The position numbers and the translations under genes were made by a program. The notes under the pieces were generated by a model, which was not told where the DNA came from, ran no database searches, and saw only the letters and a list, made by a program, of their open reading frames with translations. 64,000 nt of DNA from Polyangiales bacterium (lineage in GTDB: Bacteria > Myxococcota_A > Polyangia > Polyangiales > JADJQN01), in NCBI GenBank assembly GCA_964202905.1, contig CAXNJO010000001.1, positions 576,001 through 640,000 of the forward strand, given 5' to 3'. Positions 29,105 to 39,962 of the stretch are shown piece by piece (the stretch's first letter is position 1; each line of letters opens with the position of its first letter).

Positions 29105-30439
29105 ATGCGCTCCGACTCCGCGGCCGACTCTGCCCTGACCGCTCTCGACCAGGCCCACGACCGTTTCATCTCCGGAGACCGCGACGGCGCCCTGCGCCTC
29201 GCGGTCTCTGTGCTCGAGGGGGCCCCGTTCCAGGTGGGCGCGGCCCTGCTCGTCGTGCGCGCGCTCGCCGCGGAGGAGCGCGGGCTCGTCGCGGGGGAGG
29301 CAGCGGCCCGGCTCGTGGATGCGTCGGTGCGCCGGGGCGATCTGCCCTCGGCCGTCGTCGCGGCGCACGCGGTCGCGGCGTGCGGCGAGGACGCGGCGCC
29401 CCACTTCGCGGCGATCGCGGCCGCGTTCGGCAAGGGCAGCGCACGTCTCGCCGACGTCTCGCAGGCGCCGCCCCCGCTCCCGGCGTCGCCCGCCCTCGCG
29501 CCCGCGCTCGCGAAGTTGAAGGCCGATCCGCTGCGCGAGCGCGCGGAGTCGGCGCTCTCGACCTGGCTCGCCGAGGATGACCCCGTCGCCGCGGGGGCCT
29601 CCCTGCCGCGTCTCCCGCTCGTCGGTGCGCTCGACCCGGAGCCGCTCGCGCGCGTGCTCGCGTCGTTCACGGTGCGTGACGTCGCCGCCGGCGCCGAGGT
29701 GCTGCGCCAGGGCGAGGAGGGGCGCGAGGCCTTCATCGTCGTGCGCGGCGCGCTGCGCGTCGTGCGGCGCGGCGAGGAGGGGCGCGACACGCTGCTCGCG
29801 GTCCTCGGACCGGGCGCGATCTTCGGGGAGATGGCGCTCGTCTCGGACTCGCCGCGCGCGGCGGCCGTCGTCGCCATCGAGTCGGCGACGCTGCTCGTCG
29901 CCTCGCGCGAGGTGCTCGAGCAGCTCACGCGCGAGGTGCCCGTGCTCGGCGCGGAACTCTCGTCGTTCTGCCGCGGGCGCATGGTCGCGAACCTCCTGCG
30001 GCACAGCGCGATCCTCCGCGCGGTCGCGCCGGCTTCACGCGGGGACCTGATGGGGCGCTTCGAGACGCGCACGTTCGCGGCCGGCGAGCGGCTCGTCGCG
30101 GCGGGTACCGAGGCGGAGGGGCTCTTTCTCATCGCGAGCGGCACCGTGCGCGTGACGGGCACGGACGCCGAGGGCGACACGCTGCAGCTCGCGCAGCTCG
30201 GCCCCGGCGACGTCGTCGGCGAGATCTCGCTCGTGCTGCGCCGACCGGCGACCGCTGACGTCGTCGCGGAGCACGCGACCATCGCGCTCGAGCTGCGGCG
30301 CGAGCAGTTCCAGGCGGCGATCCGCGAACACCCCGCGCTGCTCGGTGAGCTCTACGAGCTCGCGACGCGCCGCGAGGAGGAGACGCGCTCGGTCGTCGCG
30401 CAAGAGGCGCTCGACGCGAGCGACTTCGTGCTGGTCTAG
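29105..30439 (+). CDS. Tandem cyclic-nucleotide-binding domain protein
   Basis: Two cNMP domains: RQGEEG...LGPGAIFGEMAL..SPRAA and LGPGDVVGEISL...PATADV; N-terminal helical region. Confidence 0.9.
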   Translation: MRSDSAADSALTALDQAHDRFISGDRDGALRLAVSVLEGAPFQVGAALLVVRALAAEERGLVAGEAAARLVDASVRRGDLPSAVVAAHAVAACGEDAAPHFAAIAAAFGKGSARLADVSQAPPPLPASPALAPALAKLKADPLRERAESALSTWLAEDDPVAAGASLPRLPLVGALDPEPLARVLASFTVRDVAAGAEVLRQGEEGREAFIVVRGALRVVRRGEEGRDTLLAVLGPGAIFGEMALVSDSPRAAAVVAIESATLLVASREVLEQLTREVPVLGAELSSFCRGRMVANLLRHSAILRAVAPASRGDLMGRFETRTFAAGERLVAAGTEAEGLFLIASGTVRVTGTDAEGDTLQLAQLGPGDVVGEISLVLRRPATADVVAEHATIALELRREQFQAAIREHPALLGELYELATRREEETRSVVAQEALDASDFVLV

Positions 30440-30483
30440 CGGCCGCCGCCCCGCGCGGGGTGCCGTGCTAGCCTCACCGCCCG

Positions 30484-31461
30484 ATGCCGGCCGAAACCAC
30501 GCAGGCGGCCGCCGCCATCGACGTCGCGGCGCGCATCGTGCGCAACGTGGGCCGCGCGCTCGAGGGCAAGCCTGCGACGGTCTCGCTCGCCGTGGTCGCG
30601 CTGCTCGCGCGCGGGCACCTGCTCGTCGAGGACGTACCCGGGGTCGGCAAGACGACGCTCGCGCGGGCGCTGGCGAAGAGCGTCGGCGTCACGTTCCGCA
30701 GGCTCCAGTTCACGAGCGATCTGATGCCCGCGGACGTGCTCGGCGGGAACGTCCTCGAGGCGAGCGCGGGTGGCGCGGCGGGCGCGCGGCTCGTGTTCCG
30801 GCCCGGCCCGGTGTTCACGAACGTGCTGCTCGCGGACGAGATCAACCGCACGACGCCGCGCACGCAGAGCGCGCTGCTCGAGGCGATGGACGAGCGACGC
30901 GTCAGCCTCGACGGTCAGACGCACCCGATCGAGGAGCCGTTCTTCGTCGTCGCGACGCAGAACCCCGAGGAGTTCCACGGCACCTACCCGCTGCCCGAGT
31001 CGCAGCTCGATCGCTTCCTGCTGCGGCTGCGCGTCGGCTATCCGCCGCCCGAGGTCGAGCGGCTCGTGCTCGCCCGGCGCCGCGGCGACGACCCGACAGA
31101 CGCCCTCGAAGCGGTGTGCACGCGCGACGAGCTCCTCGACGCGCAGCGGGCCGTGGACGCGGTGCGCGTCGACGCCGCGGTGCTCGACTACCTGCACGGG
31201 CTCGTGCTCGCGACGCGCAAGACGCCGCTGGTCGAGCTCGGCGTCTCGACGCGCGCGGCGCTCGCGCTCGAGCGGGCGACGCGGGCGCACGCGCTCGTCG
31301 ACGGCCGGACCTTCACGCTGCCGGACGACGTGCGCGCGGTCGCGGTCGCGGTGCTCGCGCACCGCGTGCGGCCCGCGGGAGCGCGGGAAGGGACGGCCAT
31401 CGCCAGAGATGGTGAGCGCGTCGTCCGCGAACTGCTCGCGGAGCTCGCGGTGCCGGTCTGA
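30484..31461 (+). CDS. MoxR family AAA+ ATPase
   Basis: LVEDVPGVGKT, QFTSDLMPAD, LLADEINR..PRTQSALLEAM, ATQNP, PLPESQLDRF. Confidence 0.96.
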   Translation: MPAETTQAAAAIDVAARIVRNVGRALEGKPATVSLAVVALLARGHLLVEDVPGVGKTTLARALAKSVGVTFRRLQFTSDLMPADVLGGNVLEASAGGAAGARLVFRPGPVFTNVLLADEINRTTPRTQSALLEAMDERRVSLDGQTHPIEEPFFVVATQNPEEFHGTYPLPESQLDRFLLRLRVGYPPPEVERLVLARRRGDDPTDALEAVCTRDELLDAQRAVDAVRVDAAVLDYLHGLVLATRKTPLVELGVSTRAALALERATRAHALVDGRTFTLPDDVRAVAVAVLAHRVRPAGAREGTAIARDGERVVRELLAELAVPV

Positions 31462-31466
31462 CGTCG

Positions 31467-32525
31467 ATGCGCGCCCGGGGCTCGTTCGCGGCCCTCCTCG
31501 ACCGCGGGTCGCGCGTGGGTGGGGCGCGCATCGGCTGGCGCACGACGCGCGAGGGCAAGGTCTTCTTCCTCGTGACCGTCGGCGTCGGCGTCGCGGCCGT
31601 GAACACCGGCAACAACCTGCTCTTTCTCGTGCTTGGTTTTCTGCTCGCGTTGACCATCCTCAGCGGTGTCATGAGCGAGCTGGTGCTCAGCCGCGTGCGG
31701 GTCGAGCGCCACCTGCCGGAGCGCGCGTTCGTCGGGCAGGTCGCGCTGATCGAGCTCGCGCTGCGCAACGGCAAGGCCCGCCTCGAGAGCTACTCGCTCG
31801 AGGTCGAGGACGTCGTCACCGGCGCGCCGACGGAGCGCCGCTGCTACTTCCTGAAGGTCGCGCCCGGGGGCGAGCAGGTCGCGGCCTACCGCAGGACACC
31901 GACGCAGCGCGGGATGATGCGGCTCGATGGGTACCGCGTCGCGACTCGCTATCCATTTGGGATCATTGAGAAATCTCGCTCATGGGATGCGCCGGGCGAG
32001 CTGCTCGTCTACCCCGCGCTGCTGGCGGCGCCGGATGCTGCGCTCGCGCGGGTGATCGGGGCCGAGGACATCCCCGGCGCGCGGACGGGCGCGGGGTCCG
32101 AGGTCGCCGGGCTGCGCGAGTACCGCGAGGGGGACGACGCCCGGGCCGTGCATTGGCGGCGCTCGGCGGCGCTCGGGCGCGTCGTCGCGCGCGAGCGGCT
32201 GCGGGACGAGGCGCTGCGTGTCGCGCTCGTCGTCGACAACGCGCGGCCGGTCGATGCGGGGGAGGCGTGGGACGCGGCCTTCGAGCAGGCGATCGCGCGC
32301 GCGGCGTGGTTCGCGCAGCGGGCGCTCGCGCGGGGCGCGGCGGTCGAGGTGCTCGCGCGGGGGGCGCGCTCGCCGCTCGTCGCCGCGGGCGGCGCGGCCG
32401 ACCCGGTGTGGCGCTTCCTCGCGCTGCTCGAGGCGGTGCCGGCGCACACGGCGCCCGCACTCGCCACGGCGGGCGGTGCCGCGCGGACGATCACGGTGCG
32501 CGCGCCGGGCGCGGAGGGCGCGTGA
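31467..32525 (+). CDS. DUF58 domain protein
   Basis: AAVNTGNNLLFL, TRYPFG, LVYP, GLREYREGDD...HWR.SA; follows moxR. Confidence 0.92.
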   Translation: MRARGSFAALLDRGSRVGGARIGWRTTREGKVFFLVTVGVGVAAVNTGNNLLFLVLGFLLALTILSGVMSELVLSRVRVERHLPERAFVGQVALIELALRNGKARLESYSLEVEDVVTGAPTERRCYFLKVAPGGEQVAAYRRTPTQRGMMRLDGYRVATRYPFGIIEKSRSWDAPGELLVYPALLAAPDAALARVIGAEDIPGARTGAGSEVAGLREYREGDDARAVHWRRSAALGRVVARERLRDEALRVALVVDNARPVDAGEAWDAAFEQAIARAAWFAQRALARGAAVEVLARGARSPLVAAGGAADPVWRFLALLEAVPAHTAPALATAGGAARTITVRAPGAEGA

Positions 32526-32592
32526 CGGAGTCGCTCGGGGGCGTGGTCTGCGTGGGGGGCGGCGCCGACCCGCGGCGTCTCGGGGTGCGCGC

Positions 32593-34770
32593 GTGAGCTT
32601 CGCGGCGCTGCACAAGGCGGTCGCGTACCTGCTCTCGGGGCTCGGCCTCGCGGCGCTCTCGCTCGGCGGGGAGCTCACGCCGCTCGCGCTGCTCGTCATC
32701 GCGCTCGGCTGGGGCGCGAGCTTCTTCGCGGAGGGCGAGCGGATCGCGCGGCCCGGGTGGGCGCGCGGCTGGACGGCGGCGGTCGTCGCCTCCCTCGGCG
32801 TGCAGGTGCTGCGGGGCGCGCTCGGCGGGCCGATCCTCGCGCTGGCGATGGAGTTCACGGCGCTGCTGCAGATCTCGCGGCTGATGAACCGCCGCGCGGC
32901 CGCCGACTACCAGCAGATCGCGGTGCTCTCGTTCCTGCACCTCATCGCCGCGACGGTGCTCTCGACGGAGCTCGCGTACGCGGGGATCTTCGTCGGCTTC
33001 GTGGTCGTGACGCCGTGGATGCTCGCGCTCTCGCACCTGCGCCGCGAGATCGAGGGCAACTATCCGGGCGTGAGCCGTCCGGAGGGGCGCGCGGTCGCCG
33101 ACGTGCGGCGCGTGCTCGCGTCGCGGCGTGTGGTCGGGCCGCGCTTCCTCGTCGGGACGGCCGCGCTCGCGGTGCCGATCTTCGTGCTCACCGGGGCGGT
33201 GTTCCTGTTCTTCCCGCGCGTCGGGCTGGGGCTGCTCACCTTCGGGCGCGGTCGCGCGCAGCGGGTCGCCGGGTTCGGCGACACCGTCGATCTCGGGGGA
33301 TTCGGCACGATCCGCGACGACCCGACCGTCGTGCTGCGCGTCACGCCGCCCGCGGACGCCCCGACGCCGCGGCCGCCGAGCCTCGCGATGCGGCTGCGCG
33401 GCACGTCGTTCGATCGCTACGACGGGCGCACCTGGACGCGCTCCGCGGGGCCGGTGACCGCGCTCGGCCACACGGGCGGCGAGTACCCGCTCACGCGCTA
33501 CGCGATGCCGGGCCGGGACGTCGCGCTGCGGATCGTGCTCGAGCCGCTCGACGAGCCCGTGTTCTTCTTGCCCGCGAACACGGTCGCGGTGACCGTGCCG
33601 CTGCGCGCCGTCTCGGGCGTGATGCAGGGGCGTCAGCTGCGGCTCGCGGGCGGGCAGGACCTCCGCTACGTCGACGGCGACGACGTCGGGCTCGCCTACA
33701 CGGCGCACGTCGCCCGCGACGCGGGCGAGGTCACGCTGCCCGCGCCCACGGCCGAGGAGCGCGCCGCGTACCTCGCGGTGCCCCCCGGGCACGAGCGCGT
33801 CGCGGCGCTCGCGGCCTCGCTGACCCGCGGCGCGCGCACGGACGCGGAGAAGGCCGCGCGGCTCTCGCGCCATCTGCGTGACGAGGGGCGCTACCGCTAC
33901 ACGCTCTCGCTCTCGGAGCCGGGGGCGGGGCCACCGCTCGAGCACTTCCTCTTCCGCTCGAAGGCGGGGCACTGCGAGTTCTTCGCGACCGCGCTCGCCG
34001 TGCTGCTGCGCGCGAGCGGCGTGCCGACGCGCAACGTCACGGGCTTCCTCGGGGGCCGCTACAACCCCTACGGCGGCTATTACGCAGTGCGTCAAGGTGA
34101 TGCCCACAGCTGGGTCGAGGCGTGGCTCGGCGAGCAGGCGGGGGGCTGGGTGACCTTCGATCCGACGCCGCCGCTCCGCGCGGAGCTGGGCCCGCGCGAC
34201 GGCGCGCTCTCGGGCGTCGAGGCGCTCCTCGATGCGCTGCGCACGCGCTGGACGACGCGGGTCGTGGGCTACGACCTCGACGCGCAGATCTCGGTGTTCC
34301 GCGGGATCGGGCGCGCGCTGCGCGGGCTCGCGGGCGGCGCGGGCGCGCGCGGTCAGCGTGGTCTCACGGGCGCGGATCGGGCGTCGCGCGGACCGGGTTT
34401 GCCGACGGGCGCGGTCGTCGGCGCGGGGCTCGTCGCGCTGCTCGTCGGGCTCGTCGCGTGGCGCGTGACGACGCGTCGGGCTGGCCCCGCGCGGCCGCGT
34501 GCCGCGACGCTCGAGGCCTCGCAGCGCGAGGCGGTGGCGCTCTACCGGGCGCTCGAGCGCGGGCTCGCGGCGATCGGTCATCCCCGGGCGCCGAGCACGA
34601 CGCCGCGCGAGCACGCCGCGGCGCTGCGGGCGGCGGGCGTCCCTTGCGCCGACGCCGCGCACGCCATCACGGACGCGTACCTGCGCGCGCGCTTCGGCGG
34701 CGAGGAGCTCGCGCCCGAGGTGCTCGCCGGCCTGCGTGCCCGCCTGAAGGAGCTGCGCCGCGCCGGCTGA
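32593..34770 (+). CDS. TgpA-like membrane transglutaminase (DUF3488 + transglutaminase + DUF4129)
   Basis: N-terminal TM helices, FFPR; catalytic triad GHCEFFA, DAHSWVE, FDPT; C-terminal T..EH..YL.ARFG. Confidence 0.92.
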   Translation: MSFAALHKAVAYLLSGLGLAALSLGGELTPLALLVIALGWGASFFAEGERIARPGWARGWTAAVVASLGVQVLRGALGGPILALAMEFTALLQISRLMNRRAAADYQQIAVLSFLHLIAATVLSTELAYAGIFVGFVVVTPWMLALSHLRREIEGNYPGVSRPEGRAVADVRRVLASRRVVGPRFLVGTAALAVPIFVLTGAVFLFFPRVGLGLLTFGRGRAQRVAGFGDTVDLGGFGTIRDDPTVVLRVTPPADAPTPRPPSLAMRLRGTSFDRYDGRTWTRSAGPVTALGHTGGEYPLTRYAMPGRDVALRIVLEPLDEPVFFLPANTVAVTVPLRAVSGVMQGRQLRLAGGQDLRYVDGDDVGLAYTAHVARDAGEVTLPAPTAEERAAYLAVPPGHERVAALAASLTRGARTDAEKAARLSRHLRDEGRYRYTLSLSEPGAGPPLEHFLFRSKAGHCEFFATALAVLLRASGVPTRNVTGFLGGRYNPYGGYYAVRQGDAHSWVEAWLGEQAGGWVTFDPTPPLRAELGPRDGALSGVEALLDALRTRWTTRVVGYDLDAQISVFRGIGRALRGLAGGAGARGQRGLTGADRASRGPGLPTGAVVGAGLVALLVGLVAWRVTTRRAGPARPRAATLEASQREAVALYRALERGLAAIGHPRAPSTTPREHAAALRAAGVPCADAAHAITDAYLRARFGGEELAPEVLAGLRARLKELRRAG

Positions 34771-34798
34771 GCCGCGTCGGCGCGGAGAGGAGACGACC

Positions 34799-35422
34799 AT
34801 GTCCGCTGCGCCGCCGCGCGCGCCCGAGGGCGCCGATCTCGAGGATCACGCGATCGATCGCGCTTCACGCACCGACGCGCACGCCGACGACCGGCGGGTC
34901 GGACCGCGCGATTCCGTCGCCGCGCTGCATGCGGAGGTCGACGTCGAGGCCGCGCGCCTCCAGGCGCTGCACGGGGCGCGTCTGCGTTGCGCGCGCGGTT
35001 GCACCGGCTGCTGCGCCGACGACCTGACCGTCTCCGCGCCCGAGGCCGCGCACATCCGCGCGCAGCACGCGCGCCTGCTCGCCGAGGCGCGTCCGCATGC
35101 CCCCGGGGCGTGCGCGTTCCTCGACGGGGAAGGCGCGTGCCGCATCTACGCCGCGCGCCCGTACGTGTGCCGCACGCAGGGGCTGCCGCTGCGCTGGATC
35201 GACGAGGACGCCGAGGGCGAGGAGGCCGTCGAATACCGCGACATCTGCCCGCTCAACGAGGCCGGCACGCCGCTCGAGGCGCTCACGCCCGACGCCTGCT
35301 GGACGCTCGGCCCCGCCGAGGAGCGGCTCGCGACGCTCGGGCTGCGTGGCCCCGCCGGCGAGCGGGGCGCGGAGGAGCCCGGCGCGCGCGTGGCGCTGCG
35401 TGCGCTCTTCGCGCGCGGCTGA
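34799..35422 (+). CDS. YkgJ family CxxCxxCC (Zn/Fe-chelating) protein
   Basis: CARGCTGCC, CAFLD..G.CRIY..RPYVCRTQG, CPLN. Confidence 0.9.
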   Translation: MSAAPPRAPEGADLEDHAIDRASRTDAHADDRRVGPRDSVAALHAEVDVEAARLQALHGARLRCARGCTGCCADDLTVSAPEAAHIRAQHARLLAEARPHAPGACAFLDGEGACRIYAARPYVCRTQGLPLRWIDEDAEGEEAVEYRDICPLNEAGTPLEALTPDACWTLGPAEERLATLGLRGPAGERGAEEPGARVALRALFARG

Positions 35423-35510
35423 CGCGGCGTGCCCGACGCCGCGCGGTCGACGCGGCGAGCGTTTGCCCTATCGCGGCGGGGCCGTTCTGTCCTACGCTCA
35501 GCGCCGCACG

Positions 35511-38500
35511 ATGGCCGCGGATCCTTCGGAGCACGTCGCGCAGGCGAAGCGCTTGATCGCCGAGCGGCGTTATCAGGACGCGGTGCGCGCGTTGCGTCGC
35601 GCGCTCGTGTCGCAACCCGAACACCTCGAAGCGCGCCTTCTCCTCGGCACCGCGCTGCTCGCGCTCGAGCGCTACGACGAGGTGCGCGCGGAGATGCTCG
35701 CGCTCTCGCGCAAGGCGCCGAAGGAGCCGCGCGCGCAGCGTGTGCTCGGCGAGGCCTATCTGCGCAGCGGCAAGGTCGAGAAGGCTGTCGAGGCGCTGCG
35801 GCGCGCGCTCGCGCTCGACCCCGACGACGGGCCGGCGCGCGAGCTGCTCGCGGAGGCGGGTGAGGAGCCGCCGCCGAGCACGCGCACGATCGACCGCTGG
35901 TTCGACCCGGAGGCCGTCGCGACGATCCAGACGAGCGCGCCGGACTTCGCCGAGGAGGGCACGGGACCGGGCATCGTGCTCCCGGAGGCGGGCGGCGGCT
36001 CGACCTCGATCCTCGTCGACCCGGCCTTCCAGCGGGCGATCGACGAGGCGGGCTCGAGCGAGATCACGAACCCGCCCATCGCGCCCTACCAGCCCCCGCG
36101 GCCCCGCCCGGCGTCGCTGCTCGCGCTGTTGCCGCCATCGGCCCCGTCCGACGCGCGCGCCCCGCTCGCGCGCGGCTCCCTGCGACCCGGTCCGCCCTCG
36201 GTGGCACCCGCGTCCGCGCCGCAGCCCGTCCACCCCGCGCGTCGGCCGCACGCGACCCTGCAGGGCATGCCCGCGGTGCTGGGGCCCGCGCCGCGCCCCG
36301 GGACCCGGCCCCGCCCCGATGAGACCCAGCAGCTCGAGCTCGGCCAGCTCGAGGCCGTGCAGGAGGCGGACGCCGACGCGCTCGAGGACTCGTCCGACAG
36401 CGCGATCCTCGGCCTCGCGGCCCTCGCCGCCGCGGCGGGGGCTCCGCGCTCCGGCCTCTGCCGCCGCGCCGCCGCCCACTGCCGGGCCGCCGCCGCCTGC
36501 CGGGCCGCCGCGCTGCCGGGCCTCGGAGCGTGCCGCCGCCGCCGGGCGCTGCCGGGCCTCGGAGCGCGCCGCCGCCCACTGCCGGGCCACCGCCGTCCGC
36601 CGGGCCGCCGCCTGCCGGGCCTCGGAGCGTGCCGCCGCCGCCGGGCGCTGCCGGGCCTCGGAGCGTGCCGCCGCCGCCGGGCGCTGCCGGGCCTCGGAGC
36701 GTGCCGCCGCCGCCGGGCGCTGCCGGGCCTCGGAGCGTGCCGCCGCCGCCGGGCGCTGCCGGGCCTCGGAGCGTGCGCCTCCCGGCGCGCTTCCGGCCTT
36801 CCCGCCCTCGACGCGGATGTTGCAAGACTCGAGCGACACCCCGCGCATTCTCGAACTTGATACCATGGGCGTCCGGGGTCGCGCCGGCGTGCCTGGCGTC
36901 GCGGGGCCGCGGGGCGAGCCCACGCTCCCGGGTGGAATCGAGCCTGATACATCGAGCGCGATCCAGACCCGCGTGCACGAGCGCGCGCGGCTCCGCTCTC
37001 CGGCCCTCCGCCAACGGCTCGCGCTCGGCGCGGTCGCGGTGCTGCTCGTCGCGGCGCTGCTCGGGATCGGGCTGCGCGCGTGGCGCGTCGGTCGGCGGCG
37101 GGAAGAGCTCGCGACGCTGGTCGTCGCCGCCGAGGCGGACGGGCGCCCAGCCACGCTCGCCGCGGCGATCGGCGCCGCCGAAGAGTTCGACGACGACGAG
37201 ACCGCGGCGATGCGGGCGCGGCTCGCCGCGACGCGGGTGCTCGAGCATGGCGAGCCCCCCGAGGTGGCCGCGGCCCTCGCTTCGGCGCTCTCGCCGGAAG
37301 CGGCGCAGCTGCCCGACGCGCAGCTCGGCCGCGCGTACCTGCTGCTCGCGCGCGGCGAGCTCGACGGCGCGCGGAGCGCCGCGACGACGCTCAGCGCGGG
37401 CGACGCGCTCGCCTCCGAGGCCGCGCGCGCCCGGGCGCTCACCGCGCTCGCGATCGGCGACCTCGCGCGCGCGACGGCGGAGGCGCGCATCTCGGAGGCC
37501 GCGGCCTCGGGCGCGGGCCGGCCTGCGGCGCTGCTCGCGACGCTGCTCGCGCGGAGCGGTGACCCCGCGGCGCGCGCTCGCGGTGCTCGAGGGCGTCCCG
37601 TGGCGGCTCGCGAACGCCGTGGTGCGGCCTGCGCGGGCGCGGGCGCGCCTCGCGCGGCGGGCGCAGGGCGACGCGGAGGCCGCGGCGCGCGACGCGCTCG
37701 AGGCTGCCGGCCCGCTCGCGGCGGTCGCGACGCCGCCGCGAGCGCGCCGACGCGCACCGCGTGCAGGCCGAGCTGGCCACGCCGCGGCGTCGACCTCACG
37801 CGCGCGGCCGCCGAGGCTGCGGGATGGCGCAGCGCTGGTGCCGACAGCAGCTCCGGCTCGCCCGCGCGGAGGTGCTCGCCGCGACCGGCGCCGCCGACGA
37901 GGCGCGCGCGCCTCGCCGCCCTCGGCTCGGCGACCCCCGACGCGCCGCGGCGGGCGCGCGTCACCGCCGCGGTGGCCCTCGCCAGCCTCGCACCTCGCCG
38001 GCGCCGAGCGCGCCGCCGCGCAGGCGGGCGAGGGCGGGGCGGTCGACCTGCTCCGCGCGCGGATCGCCGAGGCGCACGGCCGCACCGAGGAGGCGCGCGC
38101 GCTCAAGTCGTACGGGGAGCTGCCGGAGAGCCGCTGCCGCGGCGCGCACGCGGCTCGCGGCGCTCTGGCTCGCGGACGGGCGCGCCGCGCAGGCCGCGGA
38201 CGCGCTCGCCCCGGCGAGCGAGCGCCTGCCGACCGACGTCGAGGTGGTGCTGCTGCACGTCGCGCATCGGGCTTCGCGCTGCGCGACGTGACCGGCGCGC
38301 GCGCGGCCATCGCGCGGACGCTCGCGGGCGGCGCGTCCCCGCCGCGCCTGCTCACGATGAAGGCCGAGGTCGAGCTCGCCGCTGGCGACGCGGGCGCCGC
38401 CGCCGAGACGCTGCGCGGGGCCATCGCCCTCGCCCCGGCCGACGCCACCCTGCAAGTCGCCCTGGCCCGCGCGTTGCGGCGCAGCGGGCGCGCGGCCGAG

Positions 38501-39311
38501 GCGCGGTTCGCGGTGGACACGGCGCTGCGGCTCGACCCCACGTCGACCGACGCGCTGCTCCAACTCGCCGAGCTCTCCGTCGATGCCGGTGACGCCGCGG
38601 GCGCGTCCACGGCGCTCGCGCGCGCGGAGGCGACGGGCCGAGTCCCCGCGGCGGCCCTCGCGCGGGCGCGGGTGCGGCTGCTCGTCGCGTCGGGCGCGCG
38701 GTGCGGCCGGCGTCGCGGCGGCCGAGTCCCTCGCGCGCGGGGGACGCGACGCGTCGCTCCACGTGCTGCTCGGTCGCCTGCAGGCGCAGGCCGAGCAGGA
38801 CGCGGACGCCGCGTCGTCCTTCGCGCAGGCGCTGCGGTTCGACGAGCGCGACCCCGAGGCGCACGTGGGGCGGGCGCTCCTCGCGATGCGCGCGGGCGAT
38901 CTCGGCGGGGCCGGCCGCGGCCTCGAGCGCGCCCTCGAGCTCGCGTCGGAGGTCGGCGCTTCCCCGGAGCTGCGTGCCCGCCTCGAGGCCGCGCGCGGAC
39001 GCCTGCGCTTCGAGTCCGGCAGCTTCGCCGACGCGCGCGAGCGTGCGTCCGCCGCCCTCGCGCTCGACCCGCGCTGTGCGGAGGCGCAGCTCCTGCTCGC
39101 GAGCGTGACCATCGAGCAGGGGGGTGACGCGCTGCCGGCGCTGCGTGCCGCGGCGACGGGCGCCGCCCCGCCCGCCGAGGCCATCGGGCGGCTCGCGCTG
39201 CGTCTGCCCGCGGGCGCCGAGGCCTGCGCCGCCGCGCGCCGCTACCTCGACGCCGCGCCGCGCGGCTACGACGCGGACGCCGTGCGCGCCGTCGACGCGC
39301 GCTGCCGCTGA
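35511..39311 (+). CDS. Large bitopic TPR protein with Pro-rich linker; several frameshifts
   Basis: N-terminal TPRs (RRYQDAVRALRRAL..QPEHLEARLLLG), Pro-rich repeats, TM LALGAVAVLLVAALLGIGL, C-terminal TPR segments spread over three frames ending YLDAAPRG...ARCR-stop. Confidence 0.75.
36614..36776 (+). repeat. Perfect 36-nt coding tandem repeat, 4.5 copies (AGPRSVPPPPGA), plus degenerate copies from about 36440
   Basis: gccgggcctcggagcgtgccgccgccgccgggcgct at 36614, 36650, 36686, 36722, partial at 36758; another copy at 36515. Confidence 0.95.
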
Positions 39312-39423
39312 GTATTCGGCGCGCAGCGACGGCGACGCTCGGGTTCACGCGTCGCCGCCGCGTCGCGACGCGCGTCCCCTGCGCGACCGGCGCCCTCGGC
39401 GCGATCCCCTCGGCGCGATGCCC

Positions 39424-39852
39424 TCAGCGCGGCGCGATCGGCGCGCGGCGCAGGCGGCCCCAGGCGACGAAGGCAGCGAGCCCGCCGAACACGACGTTCA
39501 CGCCGATCACGGGCAGCTCCCCGTAGAAGAGGTGCGTGCCGGCACCGAGCGCCATCACGAGCGCGAGGCACGCGGCGGCGACCGGCGTGAGCACGGGGAG
39601 CACGCGCGTCGCGGCGGGGAGCAGGAGGCCGAGCGCCCCGAGCACCTCGGCGCCGCCGATGAGCGCGGGCAGGATGGCCGGCGCGTCCGCGGCCCAGCGC
39701 ATCTTGGTCACGAGCACGTCGTGCGGGGTGCTCAGCTTCATCCCGCCCGAGCCGAGGAAGACGAGCGCGAGCAGGGCCTGCACGACCCAGAGCGCGATGT
39801 GGAGCGCCCGTGAGGGTGCGTGGTTGGAAACCTGTTCACTGGCGGCGTTCAT
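39424..39852 (-). CDS. DoxX family membrane protein
   Basis: WVVQALLALVFLGSGGMKL, IGGAEVLGALGLLLP, LTPVAA, GTH; GGAG RBS. Confidence 0.92.
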   Translation of the reverse strand: MNAASEQVSNHAPSRALHIALWVVQALLALVFLGSGGMKLSTPHDVLVTKMRWAADAPAILPALIGGAEVLGALGLLLPAATRVLPVLTPVAAACLALVMALGAGTHLFYGELPVIGVNVVFGGLAAFVAWGRLRRAPIAPR

Positions 39853-39945
39853 CGGCGATCTCTCCGTTTTCTGAGCCGTTCGCGGGCGCGCGCTGTTATG
39901 CGCAGCGCGCCGTCGTGCTACAAGTCGGGCCCGATGCGACCTGAC

Positions 39946-39962
39946 GTTTCCACCATGGAAAC
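39946..39962. promoter_or_regulatory. LysR recognition site (T-N11-A palindrome) overlapping the lysR start codon
   Basis: GTTTCCA-cca-TGGAAAC perfect 7-bp inverted repeat between divergent doxX and lysR. Confidence 0.75.

Noticed and set aside
30484..34770. MoxR-DUF58-transglutaminase as a novel system
   Set aside because: A well-known, widespread operon with an ordinary intact catalytic triad.
36440..36780. 36-bp direct repeats resembling a CRISPR array in length
   Set aside because: The repeats are head-to-tail with no spacers, encode an in-frame Pro-rich peptide, and no cas genes are present.
39326..39430. 9-bp hairpin and 14-nt ccctcggcgcgat repeats between convergent genes
   Set aside because: Short and GC-rich, no U-tract and no other copies seen; at most a weak terminator.
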